Below, in pieces: positions 25,465 through 40,205 of a stretch of DNA of 64,000 nucleotides. The stretch lies in assembly GCA_951406725.2 (NCBI GenBank), contig OX597814.1:158286001-158350000 (forward strand), read 5' to 3'. Numbering within the stretch: position 1 is the first letter of the stretch; each line of letters begins with the position of its first letter. A model generated the notes under the pieces. The model was not told where the DNA came from. It searched no databases and saw only the letters and a list, made by a program, of their open reading frames with translations. Origin of the DNA: Octopus vulgaris (Eukaryota). The position numbers and the translations under genes are program-made.

Positions 25465-26772
25465 CCGATGCTGAGGATCATCAAGTCTTTCCATGATGAC
25501 ATGCAAGGCACCATACAGCACAACGGTTCAACATCAGCCGCCTTCCAAATAAAAAACGGGGTAAAGCAAGGCTGTGTCCTCGCTCCTACATTGTTTGGCA
25601 TCTTCTTCTCACTCTTACTTTCACATGCCTTTCAGATGGAGTGTTTCTGCACAGTAGAAGTGACGGGAAACTGTTCAATCTCTCGCGTCTGCGTGCCAAG
25701 ACCAAAATCAGAAGGGTCCTGATCAAGGAGATGTTATTTGCTGATGATGCCGCTCTGGTAACACACACAGAAGAAGCCCTCCAAAGGCTCATTAACTGTT
25801 TTGAGCAAGCATGTAACGACTTTGGCTTAGCTATCAGCCTTAAGAAGACCAACATCATGGGCCAGGCTACATCGGACATCCCAAACATACACATTGGAGA
25901 CCACAGATTACCAAAGGTGGAGAAGTTTACCTATCTGGGCTCTACCGTCACCCACAACCTATCCCTTGACGCTGAGCTCAATATACGCATTGGCAAGGCA
26001 GCTGCTGCGATGGCCCAACTCTCCAAACGGGCTTGGGACAACAATAAGCTGACCAAGACCACGAAAATGAAGATCTACCAGGCATGTGTACTCAGCACTC
26101 TACTGTATGGAAGCGAGACCTGGACGCTATACACACGCCAAGAGCGTCGCCTAAACATCTTTCACCTGCGCTGCCTCCGAAAAATCCTCCGCATCAAATG
26201 GCAGAATCATATCCCCAACAAAGATGTCCTCAGGCAAGCAGGAATACCAAGCATGTTTGCACTCCTCACCCAAAGACGTATGAGATGGCTTCGGCATGTT
26301 AGCCGTATGAAAGATGGCAGAATCCCCAAGGACATACTCTACGGAGAGCTTGCTAGGGGTACTAGGTCTGTGGGTAGACCGATCTTACGTTACAGGGATG
26401 TTTGCAAAAGGGATATGAAGGCCTGCAACATCAATATTAGCGGTTGGGAGGCAGTTGCCGGCAACCGTGGAGAATGGCGACGTACAGTAAAAGAGGGAAT
26501 ACAAAAGAGTGACAGAGAGAGAGAGGAGAAATGGAAAGAAAGGAAGAGACGTAAACAAGAGACTATGGCACTACAACCAGCCAGGAACAGTCTTCGCTAC
26601 ATTTGCGGTACCTGCCAGAGGGAGTGTTTGTCCAGGATAGGACTACACAGCCACAGCAGGAAATGTATCAGGACATGAAATATAAAAGCCGGACTAGACT
26701 ATAAAAAAAAAAAAAAAAAAGCGCAACTCCATTGTCTCCCGAGACAGAAAGGATGCCAATACAATACAATAC
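25464..26772 (+). mobile_element. RTE-clade LINE, 5' truncated, young (ORF 25641-26678, 345 aa)
   Basis: GVKQGCVLAPTLF, LFADDAAL, FTYLGS, TLLYGSETW, DGRIPKDILYGEL and C-terminal CGTC..HSHSRKC. 3' hairpin TGTCTCCCGAGACA and (ACAAT)n tail. Confidence 0.95.
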
Positions 26773-27573
<801 letters not shown>

Positions 27574-27622
27574 CGATGATGACGACGATGATGATGATGA
27601 TAATGATGATTATGATGATGAT

Positions 27623-28252
27623 AGGTACAAGCACCACTCTGAGGCTGTAACTGATGTAGAAAACGTAACTATTCTTTGGGACTTCGCAGGTATCTACAGC
27701 CCGTACTATCAACCCAAATAAACTAGATATTGTTGTGAAAGACCAAAACAATAAAGTCTTTTTATTGAGTGACATGAGCATACCTTATTTCCATAATATC
27801 TCGGCAAAAGAATTTGATAAGCTCAGAAAATGTAAATATTTGCTAATCGAATTGGAAAAGATGTGGATTCTCAAAACAGTAACCGTGATTGCGGGAGCAC
27901 TCGGAATGATCAAAAAATGAAGTGAAAATTATTTAAGAATGATCCCTGACTTACCATCCATACAGGAAGTGCAAAATATTGTCTTAACTGGTACGTCACA
28001 CGTACTGAGATCACAGTCACTGTGAATTTTCTTCCCTCCCCCCTTATTTTATTTATCTAGTGTATTATTTTTTTATTTTTTCGTTGTTGTCATTGTTTTC
28101 CCCCTTTTCTCTATTACATGGCTTTGTAAATGAGCAATCTGGTGTGTTTATTTTAATGGTCTATCAATGTATACAGAGCGTTTCTCTGCCCTAGGTGTCA
28201 AGAAGACACTCAGCAAGAAATGGAAACACATTTGAAAGAAAATGCTATTGAA
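27623..28252 (+). mobile_element. R4/Dong-type LINE 3' fragment, degenerate
   Basis: ILWDF, DIVVKD, IELEKMW, GALGMIKK, VLTGTSHVLR; (TAA)/(CAA) tail. Confidence 0.8.
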
Positions 28253-28354
28253 AATAATTATAATAAAAATAGCAACAACAACAGCAACATCAACAACAAC
28301 AACAGCAACAATAATAATGATAATAATGATAATAATAATTTCTATTAGTTTCTA

Positions 28355-28965
28355 TGTATGCTTAAACTTTCAGATGTTTATATATTTTATATCTTATCTA
28401 CGATGTGATTTTCGATAGACAGATTCCTTTATCGTAAATAGGATGTGGTCTTTTATAGATGGATTACTATACATTTTTTAAAAAACATTGAATGTTCTTC
28501 ATAGATTTCTGTATCTTAGCTATGCTAGTTCCAACTTGTCGACGCTCCTTTCATAAATTTCATAAATTTCTATATCTTAGCTATGCTAGGTCATCTAAAA
28601 AAGATCAGATTTCTATAAACAAAGGCGTCCCCACGCTGGAATTTTGGCGAGCTTACTTGCATGCTTTCTCTTCATCCTCTCTCTCTTCCACTGTCTTTTC
28701 AGTGACGCAGTAAGCATTCACACGATAGGATGGCCATATAACAGCTTTCACCAAAAGTGTGTAAGCCTCTTCTATTACTTTCTGTTGTCTAAAACTTTGA
28801 GATGTTTATTGATTTTTATACTTTACGTTGTCATTTTCATTTATCGTAAATACGATGTGGGTGTTTTATAGATAGATTATTATACCGTTTTAAAACTTTG
28901 AGGTGTTGTTCATAAATTTCTATATCTTAGTTATAACAGTTCCAACTTGTCGACGCTCCTTTCAA
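28355..28965 (+). repeat. Diverged ~190-bp direct duplication
   Basis: 28363-28553 resembles 28791-28963; both end in GTTCCAACTTGTCGACGCTCCTTTCA. Confidence 0.75.
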
Positions 28966-29279
28966 AAATCTCCCCAAGCTTTCCCCAAATCCACAGCCAG
29001 TCATGTCAACTAGTAGTTCAATCAAACATCCTGTATTAGTAGACACAAGCCTGCTCCTCTATTTAACGTTGCACATCAGCGGTATCTAAAGCAACAGCAG
29101 TAAATCTACCATCATTTGTTGTCTAAAGAAATCAGGAGAAACAATATTAGAATCTCTAAATCTTATAGTAATAATATAAGTATAGTAATAATTGCGAAAC
29201 TATAGTAGTGAACAAGTAAAAAATAAGATAAGGATTATAGTAGTAATAGTGAAGTTATAATAGGGAGCAGATGGATAAT

Positions 29280-32200
29280 TACCCAGAACGATTAACAAGT
29301 CGCGTTGGGAAACCGTCGAGTCGTCGGCGACTAAACCGGCAATCCCACTAAACTTGCTTGGTGAGGAGGATGAATTTTTCGACACCCTGCAGGATCAGAA
29401 GCAGAACTCGGCAGAGGAGCTCAGAAAAGTCAATGGCCATTCTGGAAACGGGTAGACATAACTCGAGAGCTTTGGTCAACAGTCTATCAACGATAAGGAA
29501 CTCTCTGATTTAAAACCGGGGTAGGTAGAACTCCTTAGTTACAGTGGTGACAACCTATCAGTGTCCAACGCCTCTATGCGTGGGATGAAGGTGAATGAAC
29601 CGCGAATCGGGACTTAACTCCGGAGCAATATTTGGATGAATATACGGGACCAACTGACGCTCACCTGTCTCCTAGTGAGAATCACGATCATAGTCCTCAA
29701 CACACAGAAATGTGAATGGAACAGATCGAACATAGTAAGAGCACTGAAGTCTTGGTTGGCAATCTTACTAGAGATGGTGTGTCGATAAAAATAGCGATTT
29801 GTGGATAACCTTAAAGCTCATGCTTCAATGTTGAGTGAAAATGTCTAATACAAATGTATCAAATAATGGTGATAATGCGGCTGGAACCAAAGGTGAAAGC
29901 GTTCCGCACGTCAGGTCCCCTGTAGTTGAGCAGCGCACGCCCGATCGTCATCCAGAGACTGCTTGTACACAAAGCCAGAGACCGGGTAGAAGGTGGAATA
30001 AGGAGGCAAACCAAACGGTAATTGCATGCTGGATCACGAGTGAACCCTGTAAAGGAGATTCTGACAACGTATGTAAGCAAAATGCCGACCAGGCAAGAAC
30101 AATTCGAGCAAAAGGGTGGTTAACAGACATGGAAATTGAAGGGTTAAAAAGGAAAGCAGAAGATAAAAGTAATACTTTCCCAATAGATAACATGCCCAGT
30201 GAGAACAAAAAATGAAAGCGGTAGTGAAGGCGTAGAGCAAAGTGCAAATGTAAATGCATTCTCATCAAATAAAGCAGAAGTAATAGGAAGAGCTATATCA
30301 CAAGAATACGATGATGAACAACAAGATATGGTGATGACTCTGTGCCGATATATTAGAGAAGACCAGGATCAAGTAACCACCAGCCTGAAGTACAGGGATC
30401 GTCACAAGCTCAAAGTTGAAACCGAAAAGATAGATTCGGTTCTTGGGCTATTCGAGACGAGAAATATAACTGAAACTAACAACAACATTTGGGCTGCAGC
30501 TGTAGTTGCTGCAGATAGAGTTGGATACAAAAAGAAAAGAACAAACAGAACGCAAAGAACCATGCAAGCATAGACGAATTTGTTAGAAACAAAGTTAACA
30601 AGACATTTAGGAAAAGTTGATAGATTGAGAAGAGGGGAATTGCAGAACGAAAGCATAAGAATAATCACGAAAAGAACATATAGAATAAGAAATAAAGGTT
30701 ATTATGTGATAGTGGAAGAAATGAAACAAAGTGTAGTAGCAATCAAAGCAAAACTGGAATGATGTGACAATAGGAAAAAACAGTTCAGGTAAAGCAGATG
30801 GTTTGAAGCAAATCAGAAGAAACTACTTCAGGTACTAGTTGGGCATGTACACGTAACAATGATACCAGATGCAGAGGAAAGCATGGTATTCTGGAGAGCC
30901 ATCTGGCATCAACCTGTAGGGCATAATGATGATGTAGTGGAGTGGATACATAGAATCCTAGATATGTTAAAGAATAGAGAATTCCAAGAAGACATAAAAA
31001 AAAAACATTTAAGATAATTCTCAAATTGGAAGAGCCCAGGACCGGATGGAGTTCAAGGTTATTTGGATGAAGAAGCTGAACGAGCTACATGAAAGGATAA
31101 TACAACAGTTAGATGAGTGCTTACAGGAAAGCACGGCGCCGAGCTGGATGACTAAGAAATGACATTGTTATGTGCCAAGGATCCTGAAAAGAGAAATGTT
31201 GCATACAACTTTTGGCATATAACATGACTTCTGCTAATGTGGAAACTAATGTCAAGTGCTTTGGCCAGTGAACTGTGTAGATTCTTGGACAAATGTGGGC
31301 TGCTACCCATTGAATAGAAAGGGTACCGATAAAGTAGTCGGGGAATGAAGGATCAGCTCTTAATTGATAATCTAATGATCAGGAACTGCAAGAGAAGACA
31401 TACAAACCTGAGTATGGTATGGGTTGTCTATCGCAAAGTATACGTTACGATACCACATTCCTGAATAATAAGAAGAATGGAAATGTATGGAGTATCAGAG
31501 AATAAGAGAAGCCTTATATGGAATAGCATGAAATGCTGGAGAACAGAATTGACAGCAAGGAAGCAAGTATTAGAAGAGGTGAAAATCAAGAGCGGTATCT
31601 TCCGGGGGGACAATGTGTCCCCACTGATATTCATGCTGGGAATGATCCCCTTGAGTGAAATACTACAGAAAGCAAAGTTGAGATATGATCTAGGAAGAGA
31701 TAAGGGAAAACTGAACCATTCACTATTCAATGATGAACTGGCGCTATTCACAAAAACTAAGACAGAACTGGACAGCCTAGTCCAATCTGTGCGAATTTTC
31801 TCCACGGGTGTTAAGATGGAGTTTGAACTCTCAACCTGCGATACGATGGTGATGAGCCGAGGAAAGCTTGCCAGGACTGAAGGCATATGGTTGCCAAGTG
31901 GTGAAATGATAAAGACAATTTAATTTCAACCCAACTATAAATACCTGTGAATACTTGAGGAAGATGGAATCAAACACCACGACATGAAGACAAAAAGTGA
32001 TTGGCTGCGGCGAGTGAGAATAACATTGGCCTCAAATCTGAATGTCAGAAACATAATTTCGGTAAGAAACTCATGCGCAGTCGCAGTAGTTCGGTGTCGG
32101 GATAGAATTCTGAAGTGGACAGAGGAGGAGCTAAAGGAGGCGGATAGGAAGTCAAGGAAGCTCCTAACGATGCATGGAGCCCATCATTCACCACGTGCAG

Positions 32201-33285
32201 ACACTGATTGCCTATACATGAAGTGAGCAAATGGGGGAAGGGGACTGATAAGTGTGGAAGACTGAGTGCGTATCACACTCGAGAATATAGTGAGATACCT
32301 AGCCCAAAGTAAGGAAACCTTGTTAGTGACAGTTAGGAACGAGGGTGTATTGTGAGCAGAGAAAAATGGGACAACAAAGAAAAAGTACAAAAAGTACATG
32401 AAGTACGCAAGAAGAAACTACACAATCAATTCCATGTAGCCACAACAGAAGTTGCTGGAAAAAATAGATGGAATTGGCTGATGAAAGGGCCCCTACAAAA
32501 AGAGACCGAGAGCACTACACTAGTAGCGCAAATCCAAGCTTTGGCCAGGAACTGGAGGGTCAACGTTAGGAATGAGCAATTGTCTCCATTGTGCCGCATC
32601 TGCAATAGAGTGGATGAAACCATTACCCATATTACGAACAAATACCCTAGATTTTCCCAAACCCGCTACAAGTTGTGACCACACCACCACGTAGCGAAAG
32701 TGCTACACTGGGAATTGTGCAAAAAGTGGGGGTGGGTATGAGAGAAGTAAGACGTGCTATGAGCACAAACTAAAGAGAGTGGTGGAGTCGGAGAGCAACA
32801 CAATCCTCTGCGTTTTCCCAATCTAAACAGATCATGTGCTAGATCATAACAAACCTTACCTAGTAGTGGTGGGCAAAGTGCATCACGTATGCTATACAGT
32901 TGATGTTGTATGCCCATTTGATCCACGACTATTAAAAAAAGAAGACGAAAAGATAGACAAATACAACCCTCTTAAGTACAAAATAGCCCGGCTATAGAAA
33001 ATGAAGAAGGTAAAGATAGTGACAATTATTGTTGGGTCCTTGGAAACATATCAGAAGGTATCAAGAGGAATATAAAGGAAGTTGGAATAGAGTGCCCAGT
33101 AAAACTGTTACAAAAGGTTTGCCTCCTATGCACGGCCAGAATAATCAGGAAAGTATTAGATAGCTGGTAAGAACATATAGCATGGTACCGTAGACTGCAG
33201 GTAGTAAACCCGCTACGCATACAAGACTCCATGAGCTCGAAGAAAACCTGCGCTAAAGAGAAATAATAATAACAATAATAATAAT
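29280..33285 (+). mobile_element. Near full-length, degenerate R4/Dong-type RLE LINE
   Basis: 5' UTR; N-terminal RRWNKEANQTVIACW and ADQARTIRAKGWLTDMEIE; WKSPGPDGVQG; GIFRGDNVSPL; CRICNRVDETITHI; EKIDKYNPLK; (TAA)n tail. Many stops and frameshifts. Confidence 0.9.
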
Positions 33286-35007
33286 GATTTCAAAATTTTC
33301 CCCCAAGGGCAGCTTCGGGAAAGGGATTAAGTTGAGTGCTCCTCTCTCCATCCGTAAATTACAGCTTATAGGTGCGTGCTTAGTTTAGGTCCACTTACTC
33401 AGACCACTTACTCACCCACCTTTCAACAAATTTACTGTGAGAGAGCACCTCCCTACATACCTTCACTTTCCTTTCTAAAGGAAACTCGAAAAAGTTGATG
33501 TGGCCGGAGACCAAATTTCATCAAACAGCCAATTACTGATGAAGCGAAAACATACAGAAATCGTGATACAACTATCTCATATAAGCCGGTGCCGACGAAG
33601 TTCGTCTGTCAATATGATATATCTTTTTAGTACAATACATCTACATAAGATGATTTTTCAGGACGACTACTGCAGTTTATGGTGTTTTCATAGCAATCCC
33701 AAGTTAAGTTGGATGTACAAATCAACATAAGAAAAACCATTTTCTTTCTTACAATAAACATTACGCCAGTAAGAAAAAATGGATTTTAGAATCTAATTTT
33801 CTACTTTTCCGATCTTAGATATTCCTCAATAAAAGTCTAGGAAGGGTTTTGTGCTCTGCTTTGTTTAAATGGTTTAAGAAAATAACATGCAACCTAATAT
33901 CATTTTTTGTTGTGTAAAGTACTCTTAGGATAATTAGATAAAAATATATCTTACGAGGTAGTGAGTAAACAGATTCAATTTACTAGGCAGTGAGCAGATG
34001 AACAGATTCAACTTATAAAATAAGCCTAACCATTTTGACTGTATATTTAATAGCTTTTATTAAAGCAGTGTCTCAAAATGAAGTGTAATTGTTTTATGAA
34101 ATAGAACTTTTTGCAAACGATACAATGATAAAATTGTGTAGACTGGAAATTTAATCTTATATCATTCTTCTTTATTGCTGGAATACGTGAAGTTCTTTTA
34201 TTTTGCAATTTGCAGATATATCAATTTTAATTGTTGGATAAATAGTTTTCTCAAATGATATCTTGTGGATTGTTCTGCATAACGTCATTTAAACAAGTTA
34301 ACTTATAAATCTTAATTTCATTGCTTTATTATGCTAAAATATTACACACTTTAAGCTTGTTTTAAACGCAAGACTAGAAATTGTTTCCCTTCGGTAAATA
34401 ATTCGATTATGCCTTCGATGTCGTCCCGTAGTTAAAGTTGCTAATTATATGATACTCGAGCACATATAACAGGTAAAATAATATTGAATACATAGGTGGA
34501 TAGATTTCTGGAAAAATTATCGATAATATTCCTAAGGAAAAATAAAAAAAACTTATTTATATCAAAGTGACTGTAAAACTGGAACTTGTTAGTACAATAT
34601 AATTACAAACAAGGTAATGCATAAATTGGATTGTAAACCACCTTTTGGTCACGTGCACAACATTTATTCTAGGGTTAGAATGATAACTTTAGTACTGAAT
34701 GTTTCTCAAAATAGATTACTCTCCTACTCGTTCACAACTAGTGTTCAGGCAGCAAAATGATAACTTTCTTCTTACTTTGCTGCTTTATTTATTAGATTCT
34801 TCTTGTGTTATCTGATACTAATATTAAATAGCTAAAGGGACTGTTTCTGCTTTCACGAGGTAAAAATTCTGTCATGTAGGCTAACTAGATGGAAGCCGCC
34901 GCAATATTTTCCTATTATAATACTTCAGCTGAAACAGAGTTAAGAATAGTAATTACAGAACGACTCGACAAGTAGTCGGCTTCTTGAATATTGTTTAAAC
35001 AAATCAG

Positions 35008-35095
35008 AAAGAAGAAGAAGAAGAAGAAGAAGAAGAAGAAGAAGAAGAAGAAGAAGAAGAAGAAAAAGAAGAAGAAGAAGAAAAAGAAGAAGAAA
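35008..35095. repeat. (GAA)n microsatellite
   Basis: Directly visible. Confidence 0.95.
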
Positions 35096-35889
35096 ATCAA
35101 CTACAGTGTATTTTATACTACGTATATTAACAACGTGCACCTGATACCACTCGCTGTATTTAAGTAGGCCATGAGTAGAGCGAAAAGAATAAAAGTGACT
35201 CAAATATAAACAAGAAATGTATCTTGCCATCTGGTGCCATTATACACTGGTTCGCTATAATCAGAAATAATATGCCATATTCAGAAAAGGAATCCGATCC
35301 TAGTAAATGTTTAGTCATTGTTTATAACTACAATGTCTTTCTTTTAATCATTATAGCAGTATCGGTAGAGCATCAGACAAAATATCATATGGTGATAGTC
35401 ATTCTCCATTACATTATGTGTTTAGATCCCACTCAGATTGACTATAAATATATACATGCAAGCATGTATGTGAGCGTACGTACATACATGCCCTGCTTAA
35501 GTACCGATTTTGAGAAATTAGGCTTCTCAAAACCAGAAACATTAAAGTAATTTCGAAGACTACAAATTCAATCCATTAGTGCAACTATATATATATACAT
35601 AAAACAAAACATACAAATCTACGCATGCACAGACTCCAAATAATTCACACATCACACATATATATACACAAATACCCAGTTGATGGATATTTAATACCCA
35701 TCAAAGCTGATGTTGCTGAAATTCCAATGAAGGAACCTTGGATTTAGTGTTCAGAGCCCGGTTCTTTCTCTAATGCCAAAAAATTTTTGAAATAAAACTG
35801 AATAATAGCATGCATACATATATACATACATACACACACAAACATATACATACATACACACATACATACATACATACATACATACATAC

Positions 35890-36430
35890 ATAAACACACA
35901 CACACACACATGCATGCATGCATACATACATACATACATACATACATACATACATACATACATACATACATACATACATACATACATACATACATACATA
36001 CATACATACATACATGTAACACACTGCGTAAATACCAATCTTGAGAAATTAGGCTTCTCAAAACCAGAAAGGAGAAAGTTAATTCGAAAATTAAAGATCC
36101 AATCCATCACTGGAACTGTAAAAAACACACACACACACACATGCATGCATGCATACATACATACATACATACATACATACATACATACATACATACATAC
36201 ATACATACATACATACATACATACATACATACATACATACATACATACATACATACATACATACATACATACATACATACATACATACATACATACATAC
36301 ATACATACATACATACATACATGTAACACACTGCGTAAATACCAATCTTGAGAAATTAGGCTTCTCAAAACCAGAAAGGAGAAAGTTAATTCGAAAATTA
36401 AAGATCCAATCCATCACTGGAACTGTAAAA
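35890..36430 (+). repeat. Tandem duplication (~307-bp period) of (CATA)n plus a 108-bp unique segment
   Basis: 36015-36123 is identical to 36322-36430. An older diverged copy lies at 35497-35585. Confidence 0.9.
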
Positions 36431-36487
36431 AGCTGTAAAAGTTGCCAGAAGTTTATCTTTTAAAAATATATATGTATATATTTATTG

Positions 36488-36695
36488 CCCACAGGGGGCT
36501 AAACATAGAGGGGACAAACAAGAGCAGACAAAGAGATTAAGTCGATTGCATCAACCCCAGTCCGTAACTGGTACTTATTTAATCGACCCCGAAAGGATGA
36601 AAGGCAAAGTCGACCTCGGCGGAATTTGAACTCAGAACGTAGCGACAGACGAAATACCGTTAAGCATTTCGCTAACGATTCTGCCAGCTCGCCGC
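36488..36695 (-). mobile_element. SINE family B
   Basis: Same family as 9616-9836. Confidence 0.85.
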
Positions 36696-37484
36696 TAAAC
36701 ATTTCGCCCGGTATGAGAAAACATGCATAAAACAAAACATACAAATCTGTACACATACATACATACATACATACATACATACATACATACATACATACAT
36801 ACAATAAAACCTTGTTGTTGATGTTGCAACTCCAATGAAGGTACCTTGAATTTAGGTTAGAAACCGACTATTTCTCTATTGGCAAGAAATCTTGAAATAA
36901 AGCTGAACAATGACATACCTAAATAACAATTATCTTCATTAATAACCAGATACAGAGTTGGCCAAAACGTCTGTTCAGTTTCAGTCGACACTAAATTTCA
37001 AGCGCCCTAATTAGTAACTAACTCCAGTCTGTCCTTTGCGCATGCGCACGCGTTAGATACTTGTCACTTTAATGTAGTTTGACGCGAACTTGCAACCAAA
37101 CAAGTTGTATTTTGTGTGCTTGGGATCACCCTGAAAAAGCGACTCAAAACGAATATTATGGAAACCCCATGCGTCGCAAACCTGTAAGAAGTTATGCACT
37201 GTGTACAGAGAGTATGCTGTTACGGAACGTATGAGCCAGAAGAAGTTTTCAAAATTTCGATTTGATCTCAAATTTGGCTGAGTTTGACTTTGCATTTCAT
37301 TCTTACGTGGATTCATATTAGTTGAGTATTAGAAAAGACTCTTAACCACTAAGAAAAAAACTGTAATGAAGACCCGTTAATGGATACTTTTAGTGACGGA
37401 AACCCCAAGTAATTGACTCATCTTATCTGTATTAATGATTATTACAATTGAATAGTGACATTGTAATATATAATTAAGGTTACA

Positions 37485-37680
37485 AGTTGCCAGAGTCGTT
37501 AACACGCCAGACAAAATATTTAACGGCATATCTCTCGGGTACAGGTTCAAATTCTGCAGAGGTCGACTTTGTCTTTCATCCCTTCGAAGTTGATTAAATG
37601 AATACCAGTCAAGAGCTGAGGTATATATAATTCACTTGTCCCCGAATGTTGCTGGCCTTCGCCAAAATATGAAACCAATA
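37485..37680 (+). mobile_element. SINE family B, diverged
   Basis: GGTTCAAATTCTGCAGAGGTCGACTTTGTCTTTCATCC. Confidence 0.65.
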
Positions 37681-37887
37681 TTGTAATATATAATATAGAA
37701 ATAGAAAGGATGGAGAGGTGAAGAAGGAGAAAGAAGAGAAGAAAGAAGAAAGAGAAAAAAGACAAAAAGGAAAGAAAGAGAAATGAGAGGTAACAAGTGT
37801 AAGTTATCGAAGAATGATGAAGTTTCTGACTATTGCTGCCAGCCAACGTTTTACCTGACATTATCTTTTCTAAATATATTTCTGTAG

Positions 37888-37956
37888 GAGACACTACTTC
37901 CGAATGACTGGATATAGAATTGCTATCATTGGAAATTGTAAAAATGCCTGTAATGT
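37888..37956 (+). other. Possible 69-bp host coding exon (phase 2-2)
   Basis: TTTCTGTAG acceptor, GTGAGT donor, length a multiple of 3. The single open frame reads RHYFRMTGYRIAIIGNCKNACNV. Confidence 0.3.
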
Positions 37957-38562
37957 GTGAGTAAAACTTGTTTCCTATAAAAAAAAATGAATAAATAAAA
38001 TACAATAAAGAGATTCTATAATAAGAAAATAAGTTGGTTGCCTGGCAGAATTGTTAGGGCGTCGGATGTGAAGGTACCAGTCAAGTTCTGGAGTCAATTC
38101 TTCTTTCATTCACATTCAGAATCAGCTATATTGCATTGTAACTGGCCGTTGGGGACTACTCAAGATATCAAGTTCAGTTCCTCTAACAAATAATGGATGG
38201 TAGAGATAGGAGCGAGCAGTATTTTCTCATCTATCAGGCAACACAAACACTCCTAAAAAACCAAAGTTGGCGGATTTGAAACGAGCAATGTGATGCGCAG
38301 AACGGAAACGACTGAACAAAAATATAATGAAAAAATAAACTTTACTGCTTTTATGTGAATTTATTTGCACTGCGTAAGAGTAAATTATCTATAATAAATT
38401 ACTCTTATATTGTAGTGTGGGCAGCATATTTGATTAATTCTGTTTGTAACGAAATTCAATGACTAAAAACAAATGTTTTGATACTGGTATTTGGCACAGC
38501 TATTTGGGCGCTAAAGCTGTGTTTGGCGTAAATTTTGGGCACAGAAGGAACACACAGACACA

Positions 38563-38619
<57 letters not shown>

Positions 38620-38895
38620 ACACACAGACACACAGACACACAGACACAAACACACACAAGTACACACACACAAACACACACAAGCACACATACACACAAA
38701 CACACAAACCCACATACTCACTCTCTCTCTCTATCTGTATATCTACCTTTCTTTTTCTCTGACACAGAAAGAGAGGTATGCTCAGAGAAAGACATGACAA
38801 TTTAGCACAAAAAGCACTCAGAGAAAGGAAATTAAATTTGTATGACAAATACGCACCAGAAGGCAACTACTACTGCTACTACTACTACTACTACG

Positions 38896-38965
<70 letters not shown>

Positions 38966-38977
38966 GTAATAATAATA

Positions 38978-39500
38978 ATTTGCAAAAACCTGGATTTGCC
39001 CCATGAAAAAAACTGGTTGGAACACAATCCACCTCCAGTTCTTGAAAATGACCACATCTCACTCCTCTGGAACTTCACCATTCAAACTGAGAGAAAAATA
39101 GATGCAAACACGCCAGACATCATATTGAAAGAATATCAGATCAAAAATGTGGAACCTGAAGATTAAAACAATACCTGTTGTCATAGGTGCCCTGGGAATG
39201 ATAGCGAAAGGAGCTGATTGCTACCTAGCTCAGATACCAGGAAACCCCAAAATGGCAGAAATTCAAAAGATAGTGTTCATGGGAACTGCTCATATCCTAT
39301 GCAAAATACTCTCTATGTAATCTCAAGGTTTAAAACAAACTTTAAAATTTATTCACTAGTACAACACACAAAAAAAACAAACAAATATATGGCACACTAG
39401 GCATAACAACAACGTGAACTTCCAACCTGTTGTCTCTTGAGGTCTCTGGGTGAGACTTGGAGCCAACTTGTACAAACAAAAAGCAAAAGTCAAACATAGA
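38978..39500 (+). mobile_element. R4/Dong-type LINE 3' fragment with an internal deletion
   Basis: Same family as 62135-63012 and 63054-64000; preceded and followed by (TAA)n. Confidence 0.88.
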
Positions 39501-39510
39501 ATAATAATAA

Positions 39511-40055
39511 ATGCCCTGATGCAGTACCAGGCAGTGGCTCTCATGGCTTCTGATCTTAACTGATTGGAAGTGTTATCATGTACATTGTTTTGTCTTGGGC
39601 TACACCAAATATTCTGCTCAATACCACAGATTTGCTTGTCATTTGTTTGACCATAACCAGTTGAGCATGTCCCTTAGTGGCTGACAATATGTGCATTTCT
39701 GATCACAAGCGGAAGTAGTGGGGGAGCATCATAGCCATGTGTTGAGAGGGATTCTATGGAGTTTGAATAATTCACCTCTGGAAACATAGGTGTGTCATTC
39801 AACATCCTTAAACAACCCTTATTCAAGGACCTTTTGAGTGGGATGGGTTACTCGACCAGAAGAAAATTCTAACTGGGCCCCACCTGCAAGGTCATGTGCT
39901 GTTTATCTTGATATGAGATCACCATGTCGCGCACATATGATTGTGATGCATGAGCCTGGTGTACCCTTATCAGACGGGTAGTCATGATGGGTATACTGGG
40001 CTTCGTATATTTTACCCCAGTATCACTTTGATGTCATGCACAGCTCTCTCACTCA
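39511..40055 (+). mobile_element. ~540-bp non-coding element inserted in (TAA)n
   Basis: Second copy at 9584-10362 (-). Starts in the TAA tail of a Dong fragment and ends CTCACTC(AAT)n. Confidence 0.8.
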
Positions 40056-40094
40056 ATAATAATAATAATAATAATAGTAATACTTCTACTACTA

Positions 40095-40138
<44 letters not shown>

Positions 40139-40141
40139 ACT

Positions 40142-40180
<39 letters not shown>

Positions 40181-40205
40181 GCCCTTATGGCATAATTTGA
40201 AGCCA

